Below, piece after piece: positions 40,561-52,668 of a stretch of DNA of 64,000 bases. Within the stretch, counting starts at the first letter, position 1; each line of letters opens with the position of its first letter. The position numbers were made by a program, and so were the translations under genes. The DNA is from Phyllosticta citribraziliensis (lineage: Eukaryota): contig NW_027117343.1 of assembly GCF_038025025.1 (NCBI RefSeq), forward strand, positions 992,001-1,056,000. Reading direction: 5' to 3'. A model generated the notes under the pieces. It was not told the DNA's origin. It worked only from the letters and a program-made list of their open reading frames with translations, and searched no databases.

Positions 40561-41416
40561 GGCGAGCGGCGCGGCGGCAACGGCGACTTTTCAAGTTCGA
40601 GGTGAATACGGGCTTGACAAGATCGAGCTTCGGGATTAGTCGACGCGAAGAAGGGGGCTGTTTGAGAAATGCACAGGGACACGCAGAGCCAAGATGGAGT
40701 GAGAAGAAGGTCAAGACGCAGAAGAAAGCTAGGCGCGGAGAAGCCAGCGCCTTATGGCAGCAGAGGCTCGCGGCCAGCGCTGTGCGACTGGCTTCGCGCG
40801 TCGATTCGCAGGACCAGGCCTATGAGAGCGGCGAGTTCAGGTGGACATGCAGCCGTCAGCACGGGCGAGCAAACCTCTGGCGTCCTCATGTTGGTGATAG
40901 GCGGAACCAGGTACGTCTTTGCATGAGCCACTCAGGATGCAGAATCGCCAAAATGCCGTGATGGGAGTGCGGGAGGGCCATACGCGAAGAGGAAAGACAT
41001 CCTAGACAATAAAACGCGATTCGCAGACGATGTGACGGGGCTGGCCTGTCTGCACATTGCTCTAAGCGCCCGCGACGCACGGCCGAGCCACCTGCGTACC
41101 ACCCCAATCCACGACCCGCCCACGCCGTGATGCAGCCTTTGACGCGCGCCATGGACGTAGACAGCGCCATGCTCGTGAGATGGAAATGTTTGCCAGCGCC
41201 AACCGTTGCCAAGCGACCATTTTGTCAGCTTTGGCGTTCGCTTGTGAGCTTCAAATGAGGTCAGTCGAGGACACAGTGATGCTTATGTGAGAGACAGGCC
41301 AGGTAACGTTGAGCGAAAGGGTTATAGCAATGCCTTTGCGGGGGTTTCTTATTCAAATGTATTGCAACTCACCAGTCAACCATCCAACGGTCGACCACGG
41401 ACAATACACACCATTT

Positions 41417-44123
41417 TTAGTAGCCTCCACTTGCCACTGTCAGCCTTCTCAGCTTCTTTGTAGCTGCCTCCACCATTGCGCTCTCCCTGTCCAGCAACTC
41501 CATGATTTGCTGCACCTTCTTCTTCCTAAACTCACTCGGCACCTTGACTTCGTCATCTCCCTTCTTTTCAGCAGGCTCCTCGGTGCCCAGCTGATGAACT
41601 TGTTGCAGCAAGTCGTCCTTGAGCTTTCTGATCTGCACCAGACGTCGTGACGGCGTCGGCTCCTCGCCCTCTTCAGGTGGCGACGAATCCAACAGACCTG
41701 CCTTCATCCTGTCGACCTCGGCGAACCACGCACGCTCCTTGTCGCTAAGTTCGCGGGTCCCCGCCTTGGATAGTTTCTGCCTGATGCGTTCGGTGCGTTC
41801 GACGAGCTCCTTTTGCTTCGCCTTGACTTGTTCGATTCTGGCGTCAATCTTCTTGCTTCCCGTAAGCTCTCCCTCTTGAGTAGCCTCCTCTTCGCCAGTG
41901 ATGTCCTCGATCTGGTTGGCAACGTCGTTGGCCTTGCGGAGCTGGTCCCTCAGCTCATCTTGCAGTCTTTGACAACGTGTGAATAGGCTCGAGGCTGCCT
42001 GGCCGAGAAGCTGCGTCTCATTGACAAGGACACGGTGCGCCTGGGTCAAAATGTTCAGCGTGGCAGTGGACATGCGAATCTCTTCCTTGAGAAGGAACTT
42101 GTGCCTCTCTGGCACATTTTCCATAAACTTGGGCAACTGGCTTTGAAAGTCGAAGAGGCTCTGAGGCGGCTGGTAGGCAGGCCACGGCTCTGGAAGCTTG
42201 GGACCAGTCACCTCGTCATACTCGTAGGGGACCACCGGGTGCCCGTCGGCGTAGTAATCCGAATCAGGGGCGTCGATGATGATGGCGTGGGGCTGAGAGC
42301 CCTCCGAGGCGAGCAAAAAGTACCCAAGCTCAACATTCGCCATGGCGACGCACGCAGCTGTGGAGGATAGCCTGTCTCCGTACTGGTCCTGTCGATAGTG
42401 CACAATGCTTTCAAGCAAGCTTCCGGCGCCACGAAGAATGGCTTCGATGCGCAAAGCGGCGCCATCCCGTTCAAAGTTGGAAAGCTCGTCATACAGCGGG
42501 CGTACCCAGCCAGTCATACCCACAAAGTAGACGCCTGTCTCGGTCGAGACAAAGACAGACGCACCACCTTTTGCATCGGCAGTGAATATGGGGTGGCATG
42601 AGACCTCGTTGCCATCCTTCGTCTGGAACTCGACAGTCTCAAAACGTTGCAACAAAGGACAGTCGTAAAGAGGGATGATTCCTGTGGCCTGGTCTGTGTG
42701 AGAAACACTCGCATGAATGGACTAGAGGTCACTTACGCTCTCCATGGGCAGCCATTCGCCCTCGACCCCCTCAAATTCGAGGCAGACGTGCATTTTGCCC
42801 TGGTTCGTAGCCACACAAATGATCGACACGGGAGGGTCGTCACGGCCCGCGTCCTCCTCGTCTTCTGCCTCAGCGTCATTGGTAGGGTTGAGCACAGCAA
42901 TGTCCGTAACCTCAGAGTCGTCAACATCGACATCCGGGTCGAAAATGAAGGGACCCTGGAGGCGGGGAATAGGACCAGGATAGACCGGGCGAGTGTAGAC
43001 CTCGAGGAGCTCGCCTGTCCTGGGATTTTCATCCAGGTCGCCTCTAATGCCAGCGAACCACTCTCTCTGTTGGTCTGACGTCTGCTGGTCAAAGGCGTCG
43101 TCGTCTCCATGACCAGAAATCTGATCCCGCGCCTGGACTGGCAGAGCAAGGCTCCGCAGGAAAGGTCTGCCCAGGCTTGGATACTCCCACTTTTTGGGCA
43201 GAAGCGGGCACAAAGCATAAATGTCGCCATTCTTCATTGCAACCCAAAGCGTCATGGGGTTCCATCCGCGCGAGTTGACTTTGCTCGTCGCGCCAAAGCA
43301 GGCCGACGCAACTTCCATTTCGAATGAATCGGGGGTATATCCACTCTTATCGTCGATCCTCGCGGCTTGGAAATCTTCCATGGAATCCACTCCGCTCGCC
43401 AACTTCTTCAGGTCGATGGAAAGTTCAGGTTCACCAAAAGAGTTTCTGTTGTCCCGGTTAAACTCCCACAAGCGAAGGTTTGCGTCGCTGGTGACGGTAA
43501 CGATGCAACGTCCATGGCGTCCGAGCGGGTGCCACAGGACGGCAGCCAAAGGGCTCGAGTCCAAGACGTGTGAGGTGGGCCCAAGATGAAATGTCTTGAG
43601 CCTGATGGGTCCAGTGTCATCGGACACCAGATGTGCGGAGTCGGGTAAAAGGGCAATGTGCACGGTGTGAGAGGTACAGATTGCCATGAAGTCGTTGTTT
43701 GGCGCAATCGAAAGCTCGGTAATTTGTCCCGAGACATTGGTTTTCAAGGTCTTTTGATCCAAGGTCAGCTCATGATTGTCCAAGAGAGCAAAGGCGCATT
43801 ACCCTGTAGACTTGGTCCAGTTCGCCCCTGGTATCGATGCCAGGGCTATTTTTCCAGCTCTTCCTAAAGCCATGCTTCTCTTTCTCCTGTCCAGCCTCCT
43901 TCAAGTGCAAAAGATTTGCCCAGCGAATTTCGTTCCCAACTGCCACAAATATTTCGTTTCCGCGGTTCGCAATGGTCCGCTTCGGACCGGGCGCGCTCGT
44001 TCTCGCCGGACCGCTTCCTGGTCTGTATGGACCCTTTCCCTTGGCATTACTTTGGTTGAAGACGTCGAAGCCTGGGGCGCCGCGCGAAAGCCATGGCGGG
44101 GTGTAGCTCAGGACCCGGGGCAT
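41417..44123 (-). CDS. NUP82: Nucleoporin Nup82/Nup88 family; 2 introns
   Basis: MPRVLSYTPPWLSR start; EIFVAVGNEIRW; LGPTSHV..LWHPLG; GWNPMTLWVAMKNGDIYALCPLLP; C-terminal coiled coil with ELSDKERAW. Confidence 0.88.
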
Positions 44124-44443
44124 GGCGACGATGCCTGTGGAGGTTGGTTGTTCGTAGCCTCGGGTGATGGGAGGCGCAGATTCAGCTACACGTGAATAAT
44201 GAGGTGTTGGAGAGATTCGAGGCGTTTGCGAGCGAGGACCCTGTCTTAGCGAAGGAGTTTGGTGTTTGTGTCAAACACGACGACGCGCGCGAAGCTTGAA
44301 GACGCATCGTACCGGGTATATCTCGGCCAAGTCCCAGACCCCTGCTCCGACGCATCACCGCCGCGGAAAGGCGCCGCAGCTCCCGTCTACTTCCCAGGTC
44401 TTGCCCACCATCACCTTCCAACTCCAACCCCACCTTCTTCAAG

Positions 44444-45175
44444 ATGCCTCCGGTGAGGACCACTCGTAACACTGTCGATCGTCTCGACAAGCCAAGTTCC
44501 TATGCTGCTAGCAAGGTTCGTCCTCACCCACAATGCGCCGCTGTGCGAATTCTAACTTGACTTTCAACCACAGCACAGGAAGCGCAAGTACGTCCCGGAC
44601 GGCGATGAAGTCGAGGACGGTCGCGAGAAGACACCCGACTTCGAGGACAAGCTGAAGGATGCTACCACGCTCTACGTCGGCAACCTGTAAGGGCGCATAC
44701 AAGCCGGATGGCGAGCGAAGCTGACAGAATTGAGGTCCTTCTACACCACCGAGGAACAGATCCACGAGCTTTTTGCCAAGTTAGTCGAGAATTTTCAATG
44801 CCAAAAATTGCGCTGACTGGGTCTAGGTGCGGTGAGATCAAGCGCCTGGTCATGGGCCTCGACCGCTACCAAAAGACTCCATGCGGCTTCTGCTTCGTCG
44901 AGTACTACAGCCACCAGGACGCGCTCGACTGCATGAAATACATCGGAGGCACAAAGCTTGACGAGCGCATCGTTCGTACTGATCTGGACGAGGGTTTTGC
45001 CGAAGGACGTCAATACGGGTAAGCCGTGTCGTTCGTCTTCCCCGCGTAGCTGCTGACACAAAATAGGCGCGGAAAGTCGGGTGGCCAAGTCCGCGACGAG
45101 TACCGTGACGAATACGATCCTGGACGAGGCGGATACGGACGCGCTGTAGACCCCTACCGCGACGACTACCGCTGA
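44444..45175 (+). CDS. CBC2: Nuclear cap-binding protein subunit 2 (CBP20); 4 introns
   Basis: [90 protein letters not shown]. Confidence 0.96.
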
Positions 45176-45580
45176 GGAATCTGAACTCGACGTTGCGATT
45201 TCTGACAGCGCCCCGCTCAACGTGTTGGCCTCGAGGCTCGCTGGACTCTTCGAAGGCTCCGCGCACCCTGGAAAGACACATCTTACGAACGATCGATACC
45301 CCTCTCATATTCGGTATCTACTCTGGACGCCACATGGCTGAAACTTGGCAGCTTGACGACAGGCTTGGAGATCCACAACAGCCGCCGGGAAAGCGATGGC
45401 ACTCTCAAGCTTGCAGCAAAGGTCCACAAAAGCGAGGATGTAAGAGCGAGATGGAAGGTATCGGCACAGGTAGACGTCGGCTTATATATGCCCCATCAAA
45501 AATGCCGGAACAATTGAGATTACTGAGAAAAAGAAATCTGCTGATAGAATTCTATGTCTACACTCGTCTACGACTTGGCA

Positions 45581-46505
45581 TCACCGAGCAGGAATGTCCT
45601 TCCTCCGATCCAATGCCGCCAAAACTTGCTCCAACCACCACACATGTATCCTCGCGTCCCCAGTAAGCTCGGGATGGAAGCTCGTGCCAAACACATTGCC
45701 CTGCCTCACAGCAATAATGTCGCCTTCTTCGCCCTCCTCGCTCGCTGTAGCCCCGCTGCCCAGGGCTTTGGCTCTGCCCGGCAAACGTGCCAAAACCTCG
45801 ACTTCTGCGTCGAAGTAATTTCGCGCAACTTCGTCCTTGGGCGTCTTTGCTGGTGCCACAATGGTGTCATCCCTAGCCTTTTCCTCGGCCTGCTCTCCAT
45901 CTTTGTGTGCCAACAACCTCTCGACAACGGGGGCGCGAATGAAGACGCTGTGGAAGGGAGTTGCGGCATCGGTGCCGTTGTGCAGAAAGGGCAGATCCAA
46001 AGCTGCTGTGAAGGATTCGGTCTGGCGGCCAAAGTGGTTGCGGGACACGCGGACATCGAGGCCGCCGATGAGTTCCTGGCCGCCTTTTTTGGTACGGTTC
46101 GCAGATTCGGAGAGGAGGATGAGACCGGCGCATGTGCCCCAGGTAGGTCGGCGATGGGCTCTGCATGAGGGAGTGACCGTCAGCCATGACCGTGGTGCAT
46201 GATGTGTGGAAAATGGACTCGGGCGTGGAGAGTGACTCGACGACTTACTTGACAAAGTCGCGCAACGGCTCCAGCAGGCCGCTCCGCTCGGCGACCAGAC
46301 TCATGGTGGTGCTCTCGCCTCCAGGCAGAACCAGCGCATCGCAGCGCGCCAACTCGGCAGGTGTGCGCACCTCGATGACGCTCCACTCTGCATCTTTGGC
46401 GACACCGCGCTGGCCTAGTTGGTGGATGGCGTTGCGCAGCAACTGGACATGCTCGCTGAAGGCGCCTTGTAACGCGAGAACTCCGATTGTTATCTGCCGT
46501 CCCAT
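45581..46505 (-). CDS. PDX2: Pyridoxal 5'-phosphate synthase glutaminase subunit (SNO/PDX2); intron 46248-46161
   Basis: [64 protein letters not shown]. Confidence 0.95.
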
Positions 46506-46878
46506 GCTGGTGACTTGTAGAATCTGGAAGGGCTTGGGTCCGTGGGAGTCATGACGGTGCTCGGTGATGGGCGGCGAGATTGGAGTGAACACAGAGCGCC
46601 GGGTGCGCCCTAACGAAGTTTTTGACAGGGGTCGGGTTGACAGGCGGGGCCGGGGGTCTTCGGCGGGACGGCGGTGGTCTGGGCTGCCCGCGGCGCTGAC
46701 GTCCAGGCACGAACGCAAGCTGACCTTCTCTCAATGTAAGATCAACACCACTCCGACTCATTTGGATGAGGAGAGCTCTTTTGTTCATGTCTGAGCGAAA
46801 GTAGCCCTCTCTTCCAGCAGCACCATTGGACGAGCTCGGATTGTGTCCGAGACTCTGCAGACCACACGACCAACCACC

Positions 46879-47954
46879 ATGACTTCCCCAGCTGTGACGT
46901 GCTGGCTACTGGACACACGATCCCTGTGGGCAGGCGACAACATCCGCGAAGCAGTCAGTTACAGCCCACTTCTCCCCCGACAACCTCGCTGAACACCGCC
47001 CTCTTCTCCCCCTAGGCTGCCGACCTCCTCCCGCTGCTCTCGCCCGACGAACTCACCTCGGTGATCCGCAAACACTTCATCAAAGATGCGCGCATGAGCC
47101 TGGGCTCAGCGCTGCTCAAACGCGCCTACATTGCGCGCTCGCTGGGCGTCGCCTGGGGCACGATCCGCTTCGAGCGACGACCGGACCCGGTCCACGGCAA
47201 GCCAAGCTACGCACCAGCAGACAACTCGAGCACAACCATCAGCTTCAACGTCTCGCACCAAGCGGGGCTAGTCGCACTGATAGGGACAACAGCGGGAAAG
47301 ACGGACCTAGGCATCGACATCGTGTGCGTCAACGAGCGCAACGACTACCGCGTCATCGACGCTGACGGCTTCGAAGCCTGGGTCGACATCTACGCCGACT
47401 GCTTCTCCGACGCCGAGATGTGGGACATGAAGTACAGCCTGGACGACGGCGTCACGCTGCTCGACGGCACGCACCTCTCGGCCTGGGAGCTCGGCCGCCA
47501 CGACCGCTGCACGCGCCGCAACGTCGAGCTCTCGACCACGCAGAAGGGCCATCATGGCCAGCCTGACCGCGCCGTGACGTTCTCCTCCGACCTCGTTGTT
47601 GACGCCAAGCTCCGCCGCTTCTACGCCTTTTGGGCTCTCAAGGAGGCCTATGTCAAGCTGACGGGCGAGGCGCTGCTGGCGCCCTGGCTGCGCGACCTCG
47701 AGTTCCGCAACGTGCGTGCGCCGCGCCCTGGCACTGTTGCGCGCTGCTCCACGCACGGCACGTGGGGCGAGCGGGTTGCCGACGTGGAGGTCTGGTTCAA
47801 GGGCAGCCGCGTCGAGGATGTGCGCATGGAGATTCAGGCGTTTGAGGAGGATTACATGGTTGCTGTCGCGGTGAGAGGGGCTGTGAGGGAGGAGGTCCAA
47901 GTCGAGAAGGTGGATCTGGCGAGAGATGTTCTGCCGTACACTAACAAGACATGA
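46879..47954 (+). CDS. npgA: Sfp-type 4'-phosphopantetheinyl transferase (NpgA/CfwA); intron 46954-47015
   Basis: CWLLDTRSLW, DARMSLGSALLKR, HGKP, FNVSHQAGLV, LGIDIVCVNER, KLRRFYAFWALKEAYVKLTGEALLAPWL. Confidence 0.93.
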
Positions 47955-48572
47955 GAATGTGTGGTGTAGGTGGTTTCGTTGGTAAGCGCGCATCTATTAC
48001 AAGCATGCATAGAAGATAGAATTATCATGTCTATTCATTGATCATAGAGAGTACTTTAGTTGATGACGCATTCCAATTGAATCAATGGCACTAGCAGACC
48101 AGGCTCGCCAGAGTGCTTCAGTTGAAATGCTGCAAAGTCTTTCATTACGCAAGGCCTTCTACTGATCAAGCTAGCTAGCTACCGTTCGAAATCAACCACC
48201 ACCAATCTACCAAGCGACGATCCGAGCAGCCCAGAATTCAACGACCGGAGCCGAGTCAAGTCTCATGGATCAAAATCGGACGAGCAAGCAGAAGCACACG
48301 AGAGAAAAGACGACAGGATAAGGGTGGAGGCGCGCTTTATTGATTGTCCAGCTACCTATATCCGGTGAAGCCCGAAACGCCTGCCTGGTCGAAGAAAGGT
48401 GATTTTTCCATGTTGCATTGCTTTTGGGGGAAGAAGTGTGCTGGTGCAGAGATGGAAGCCAAGAAAAAGAGCGAAGAGCACCTCTGGTCAGCGAGGCCAG
48501 TGGGTCGTGTGGTCATCTGGGAGATTGTTAGCAGAGGATTTTGGTCGTGCGAGGGAAGGAAAACATACCAGC

Positions 48573-50260
48573 TTACAGCCTGGAGCCGTGGACGACCTTG
48601 TAGTCGACAATGAGCTCACTGCCCGAGTCGTTGATGACGAGGACGCGAATGGAGCCGCGGCCATCGTCAAAGGCCTCGGTGAGGCGCTTGAGGAGGTGGT
48701 CCTGGTCGTTGACGGGGAGGCCCTGCTTGACGTCGCCGCCCTCGGTCATGCAGACGACGCGGCCGTCCTCGCGGATGTCGAGCACGCGGTACTGCTTGAA
48801 GACGGGGCCGAGCATGTTCTGCACAATGACCGACGGCGCCGGGTTGGAGATGAAGCTCGACTCCTCGTGCAGCTGCTTGGTGAAGAGGTCGACGCCCAGG
48901 TACCGGTGCTGGCCCGTCTGCGACGACGTCGTGATGCGGATCACCTGGCAAGGGCGGCCCTGCAGGATCAGCAGGTCGCCGATGCGGATGTGGTGGCAGG
49001 GGATGGTGATGGAGTTGGAGGAAGCCATGGCGCTGATCCGGAGGGTTTCGGATACGAGGGTGCGGACGCGCCTAGGCTCGGAGACGTAGGTGGAGGGGGG
49101 AGGGGAAGGGCGGTGGTGAGAGTGGGAGACTGAGACGGAGCTGCGAGGCTTGGAAGGAGCTGTGTGGGTCTCCTTGATAACTACCTCCTCGCGGTCCGAC
49201 GTGGGGCGGTCGTGGTGGTGTTCGTGCTTGTGGTGAGAAGCGTGGCTGTGGCCGTGAACGGGGTGCAGAATGCGGTCTGCAGCTTTGTGGAGACCGTGAC
49301 GAAAACTGTGGTAGTGTCCTTCGTCGTCGTAATATCCCATGTCACGCTTGTGCTTGGGCGGGTCGACAGTTGTCCGAGAAGTCGTAGACTCTACTCGAAC
49401 TTGATCTTGGTGTGGGTGACGTCTCTCATTCACCTCTTCGGCGCGAGATCCGTGAATGGACTGGTGACGAAACTCGTAGCGAGAGTCGTCGACAATGGGA
49501 CGGGTATACTCGCGGAACTGACGTTCGTTGGAGTCTATTTGAGAGTCGGCGTAGGTGGTAGCCGGGCCGTGGAGTGTGTCGAATTTGCTGTCGTAGACGC
49601 GCTCCTTGAATTCAGTGCGGTCTGGGACGTTGATCTGAGCCTGTTCGTAGCGACGGTAAGGCTGGCGGTAGTCGTTGCTAGGAGAGGAGAGTCAGTGAAG
49701 TTCGAGGCTGGGGGGCATGAGGCGAGGTTATAGCTGCATGGGGCGGTGTCCCCCTGGTGGGTCGACGGGTGAGAAGATGCGGGTCCACGGAGCGAAAGGA
49801 ATTGTGCGTTTGTTTATGCATAATAAAACGAAAGCAAGCACTGACTAAACACTTACCGCTCACTCTCGAATTCAACCTCGAAACGATCGCGCTCAGTTCG
49901 AGGAGGACGGCGGTCGTAGTCCCTTTCGTAGATGCGAACCTCTTCTTCCTCTTCTTGGTGGACGGCGGGTCGGTGACGGTCTCGTTCGTAGAAGCGGACC
50001 TCTTCCTTGACGCGTTTGTCTTTGTGGACGGGGACGGCGTAGGCTGCTTCAGATGCGTGACCTTCCCGTCCGACGCGCGAAGGCTGATCAGGTAGATGTT
50101 GTTCGCTCTCTACCTTGATCTCTGTGTGTTCAGCTTTGGAAGCGTCACTCCGATACGAGGACGGGAAGACACTGAAGGGGATCGGGACGCGGGCGTCAAA
50201 GTCCAGATTGAATGGAGTCGGTGCGTCCTCTCTTGAAGCCCTTTCGAACTGCGTGGACAA
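48573..50260 (-). CDS. HEX1: Woronin body major protein HEX1 (eIF5A-like). Short form starts at AUG 49340 (255 aa); long form uses upstream exon ~50260-49857 and intron 49856-49678
   Basis: MGYYDDEG, His-rich segment, TIPCHHIRIGDLLILQGRPCQVIRI, LGVDLFTKQLHEESSF, C-terminal PTS1 SRL. The upstream exon has NLDFDARVPIPFSVFPSSYR and splices in frame. The long-form start is uncertain. Confidence 0.93.
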
Positions 50261-51471
50261 TTCGAAAGGAAGACAAGAAAGAACTTCTTGGCTCCTTGCG
50301 GGTTGAGGGGATTGAAGAAGAGAGAAAAGGGAGGAGGTGACGAGGCAGCGTATGTGGCTCTGGCAGATGGCAACTTAAGTGGGCGCACAATTGGCTGGGG
50401 GGAAGTGGGAAGAGTTGGGGATGTGCAGGAGTGAGATGATGAGGTGGAAGCTGACGACGGAAGCAATTGAGTAGGTGTGAGCGAGTCGGAGCTGCAGAGT
50501 GGAGACTGGGAGTGATGCGATGTCGAGGTAATTGGCGCGGTTGGGAGAAATTGTGGGGAGATGGTGTTTTGGTGATCCCCGTCGCGGCGTCAATCCCCCG
50601 GTCGTTCGCTGGGCGGCATGTGTTCAGGCACCCCCCACCCTGGCGATCCCTGGGCTCGAGGTATCCAGAGCAACTGAATGATTTCACTCGTCTCTTCCCT
50701 TGGCTTGTCCACCACCTCGTCGACGGCGACCAAACCCCCCAGCGAGAGCCTCCCTCTCTCGACGGCGACATGCCCGACCCCAAGAACTGGCGGTGTCGTC
50801 CAAACACCCTCGTACCACGCCGCTTGCTGCACCACGACGCCAGCCGCTCGTCCCGTAAGCGCCTCCATATCAGGCCAGACTCCACCGGCCCCATCGTGGA
50901 GCTCCGCCATTGGCCTCGTCTGCTCGTGTCGCTGCATCCTCCCTCAGGTCGACGCCGTTTCCCAGCCTCCCGCCGTCGACGGCTCCTCCCGCCAATTGGC
51001 CGCTGCCTGCCGTTGGCTCCTTAGCTCCATGTGCCTCCTGCACGCCTCCAGAATCGTCACCTTTTTGTCTCTGGACCCCACCCCCTTCTGGCGATAGACT
51101 CGCCGTACCGCCTATAAAGAGCCAGTTCACGTCAGCCACTTCGATTCGCTGTCCAGGAAGGATGGCGGACGCTGAGTTGGACGCGAGTCGCGTTGCCATG
51201 AAGCCAGCCAGCCGGCAACCAATTATGCACCCAAACAAACAAACACACTTGGCGCCCGAACTGACGGTGCCATTGTCTCCTTCAGCCTACTGTATGTAGC
51301 CTAGGGTATCGTATCGTCCAAGAAACAAGCGGCCCAACTCTATCAGGTCACGACATGTCCATCCCTTGATTCAGGCTGGCTGCTGTCTCCACCCAATCAT
51401 CCAGACCTCATCTACTCCAGCCCCAGGCCGCCCGTCCCCGCCACGTCCATCCCAATGCATAATGGCCATAC

Positions 51472-52668
51472 TCACAGTCCCGTCACAAACTTGAGAATCT
51501 CCTCCGCTACCGTTGTTGGCTGCTCTTGCTGTGGCCAATGGCCGGCTCCGTCCAAAATCACCGTGCCTCGAAAGTCGCCGCAGCTCTCTGGAAGCTTGTC
51601 AATCACTCCCGGTTGCTGATAGTTGCCCCAGTCTGCCTTTCCGCTCACAAACTTGCTAGGCACGTCGATCTTGCGTCCAGCAAACAGATTCAAGTCTTTT
51701 CGCTTCGGATCTGTCTGACTGCGGTACCAATTGAGTCCCCCCTGGAATCCCGTGCGGCTCCATTCGTCAACGTAGACTTTGAGATCTTCTTCAGGAAGCC
51801 ATCGCTCTGTCGCCTTGTCATCTTCTCCGGCCATGCTTGCCGACACGACCTCGGGCATTGACTTGTCCTGCGGCATGACATAGTACTCGGGCATCTTGGC
51901 TAGCTCCTCGGCGCTCCATTCCCTCAATGGACGGGGTTCGTTCTGGCTCCAGTCTGCGCTCTTGAGGTGATAGTAGCCTCGAAGATACTTGGCCATGCCT
52001 TGTGGTGGATTATCCCACTCGTGCGCCGCGCTCTCGGTGCTGTTATACCACTTGTAGTGCTTCTTGGGAGACGACAACTTGGCCAGATCCCCCTGGACGT
52101 CTCGACCAACAATTGTTTCTTGATCCTGAAGCTGCCGACTGTCTGGGTCTGCGTGAGCTACGTTGAATGGCAGCGGCGCTGGCGGCTTGTACGGATGGCT
52201 CATGAGCAAAGTGCTGCAAAAAATGTCCGGCCGCATCAACGCACACATGCTGGCAGACACGGCTCCAAAGTCGTGTCCGACAACACACCGGACTTTTTTG
52301 AATCCCAGCGCAGACACCAGAACGACCATGTCGGTGACCAATTGCGTCATGCTGAATTGGCCGAGATCGACAGAGGCAAAATCGGAAGCATCCCAGCCCG
52401 TGGTTCGTCCGTAGCCGCGTTGGTCAGGGGCAACGACATAGTATCCGGCGGAAGAGAGCGGCAACATGACTTTGCGCCATGAGTAGGCGAGCTCCGGAAA
52501 GCCATGGAGGAGCAATATCAAGGGCTTGGTGCGGGAAGGATCATATCCAGCCTCGAGAATGTGCAAGTCCAAGTCGGCGGCCGTGTTTGGGACGATGCGC
52601 GATGTAATTCCAGGGGGCAGCGGAAGAGGGGGTAGGTGTTGGTTCTTGGCCTGCGAAGATTGCCCCAT
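51472..52668 (-). CDS. Alpha/beta hydrolase, soluble epoxide hydrolase-like (intronless)
   Basis: LLLHGFPELAYSWRK, APDQRGYGRT, VGHDFGA, GFQGGLNWYR, GAGHWPQQEQP. Start placed at MGQSS (52668); upstream in-frame ATG at 52941 is less likely. Confidence 0.9.
   Translation of the reverse strand: MGQSSQAKNQHLPPLPLPPGITSRIVPNTAADLDLHILEAGYDPSRTKPLILLLHGFPELAYSWRKVMLPLSSAGYYVVAPDQRGYGRTTGWDASDFASVDLGQFSMTQLVTDMVVLVSALGFKKVRCVVGHDFGAVSASMCALMRPDIFCSTLLMSHPYKPPAPLPFNVAHADPDSRQLQDQETIVGRDVQGDLAKLSSPKKHYKWYNSTESAAHEWDNPPQGMAKYLRGYYHLKSADWSQNEPRPLREWSAEELAKMPEYYVMPQDKSMPEVVSASMAGEDDKATERWLPEEDLKVYVDEWSRTGFQGGLNWYRSQTDPKRKDLNLFAGRKIDVPSKFVSGKADWGNYQQPGVIDKLPESCGDFRGTVILDGAGHWPQQEQPTTVAEEILKFVTGL

Noticed and set aside
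48399..49733. Plus-strand ORFs of 244, 159 and 189 aa
   Set aside because: Antisense shadows of the strongly codon-biased HEX1.
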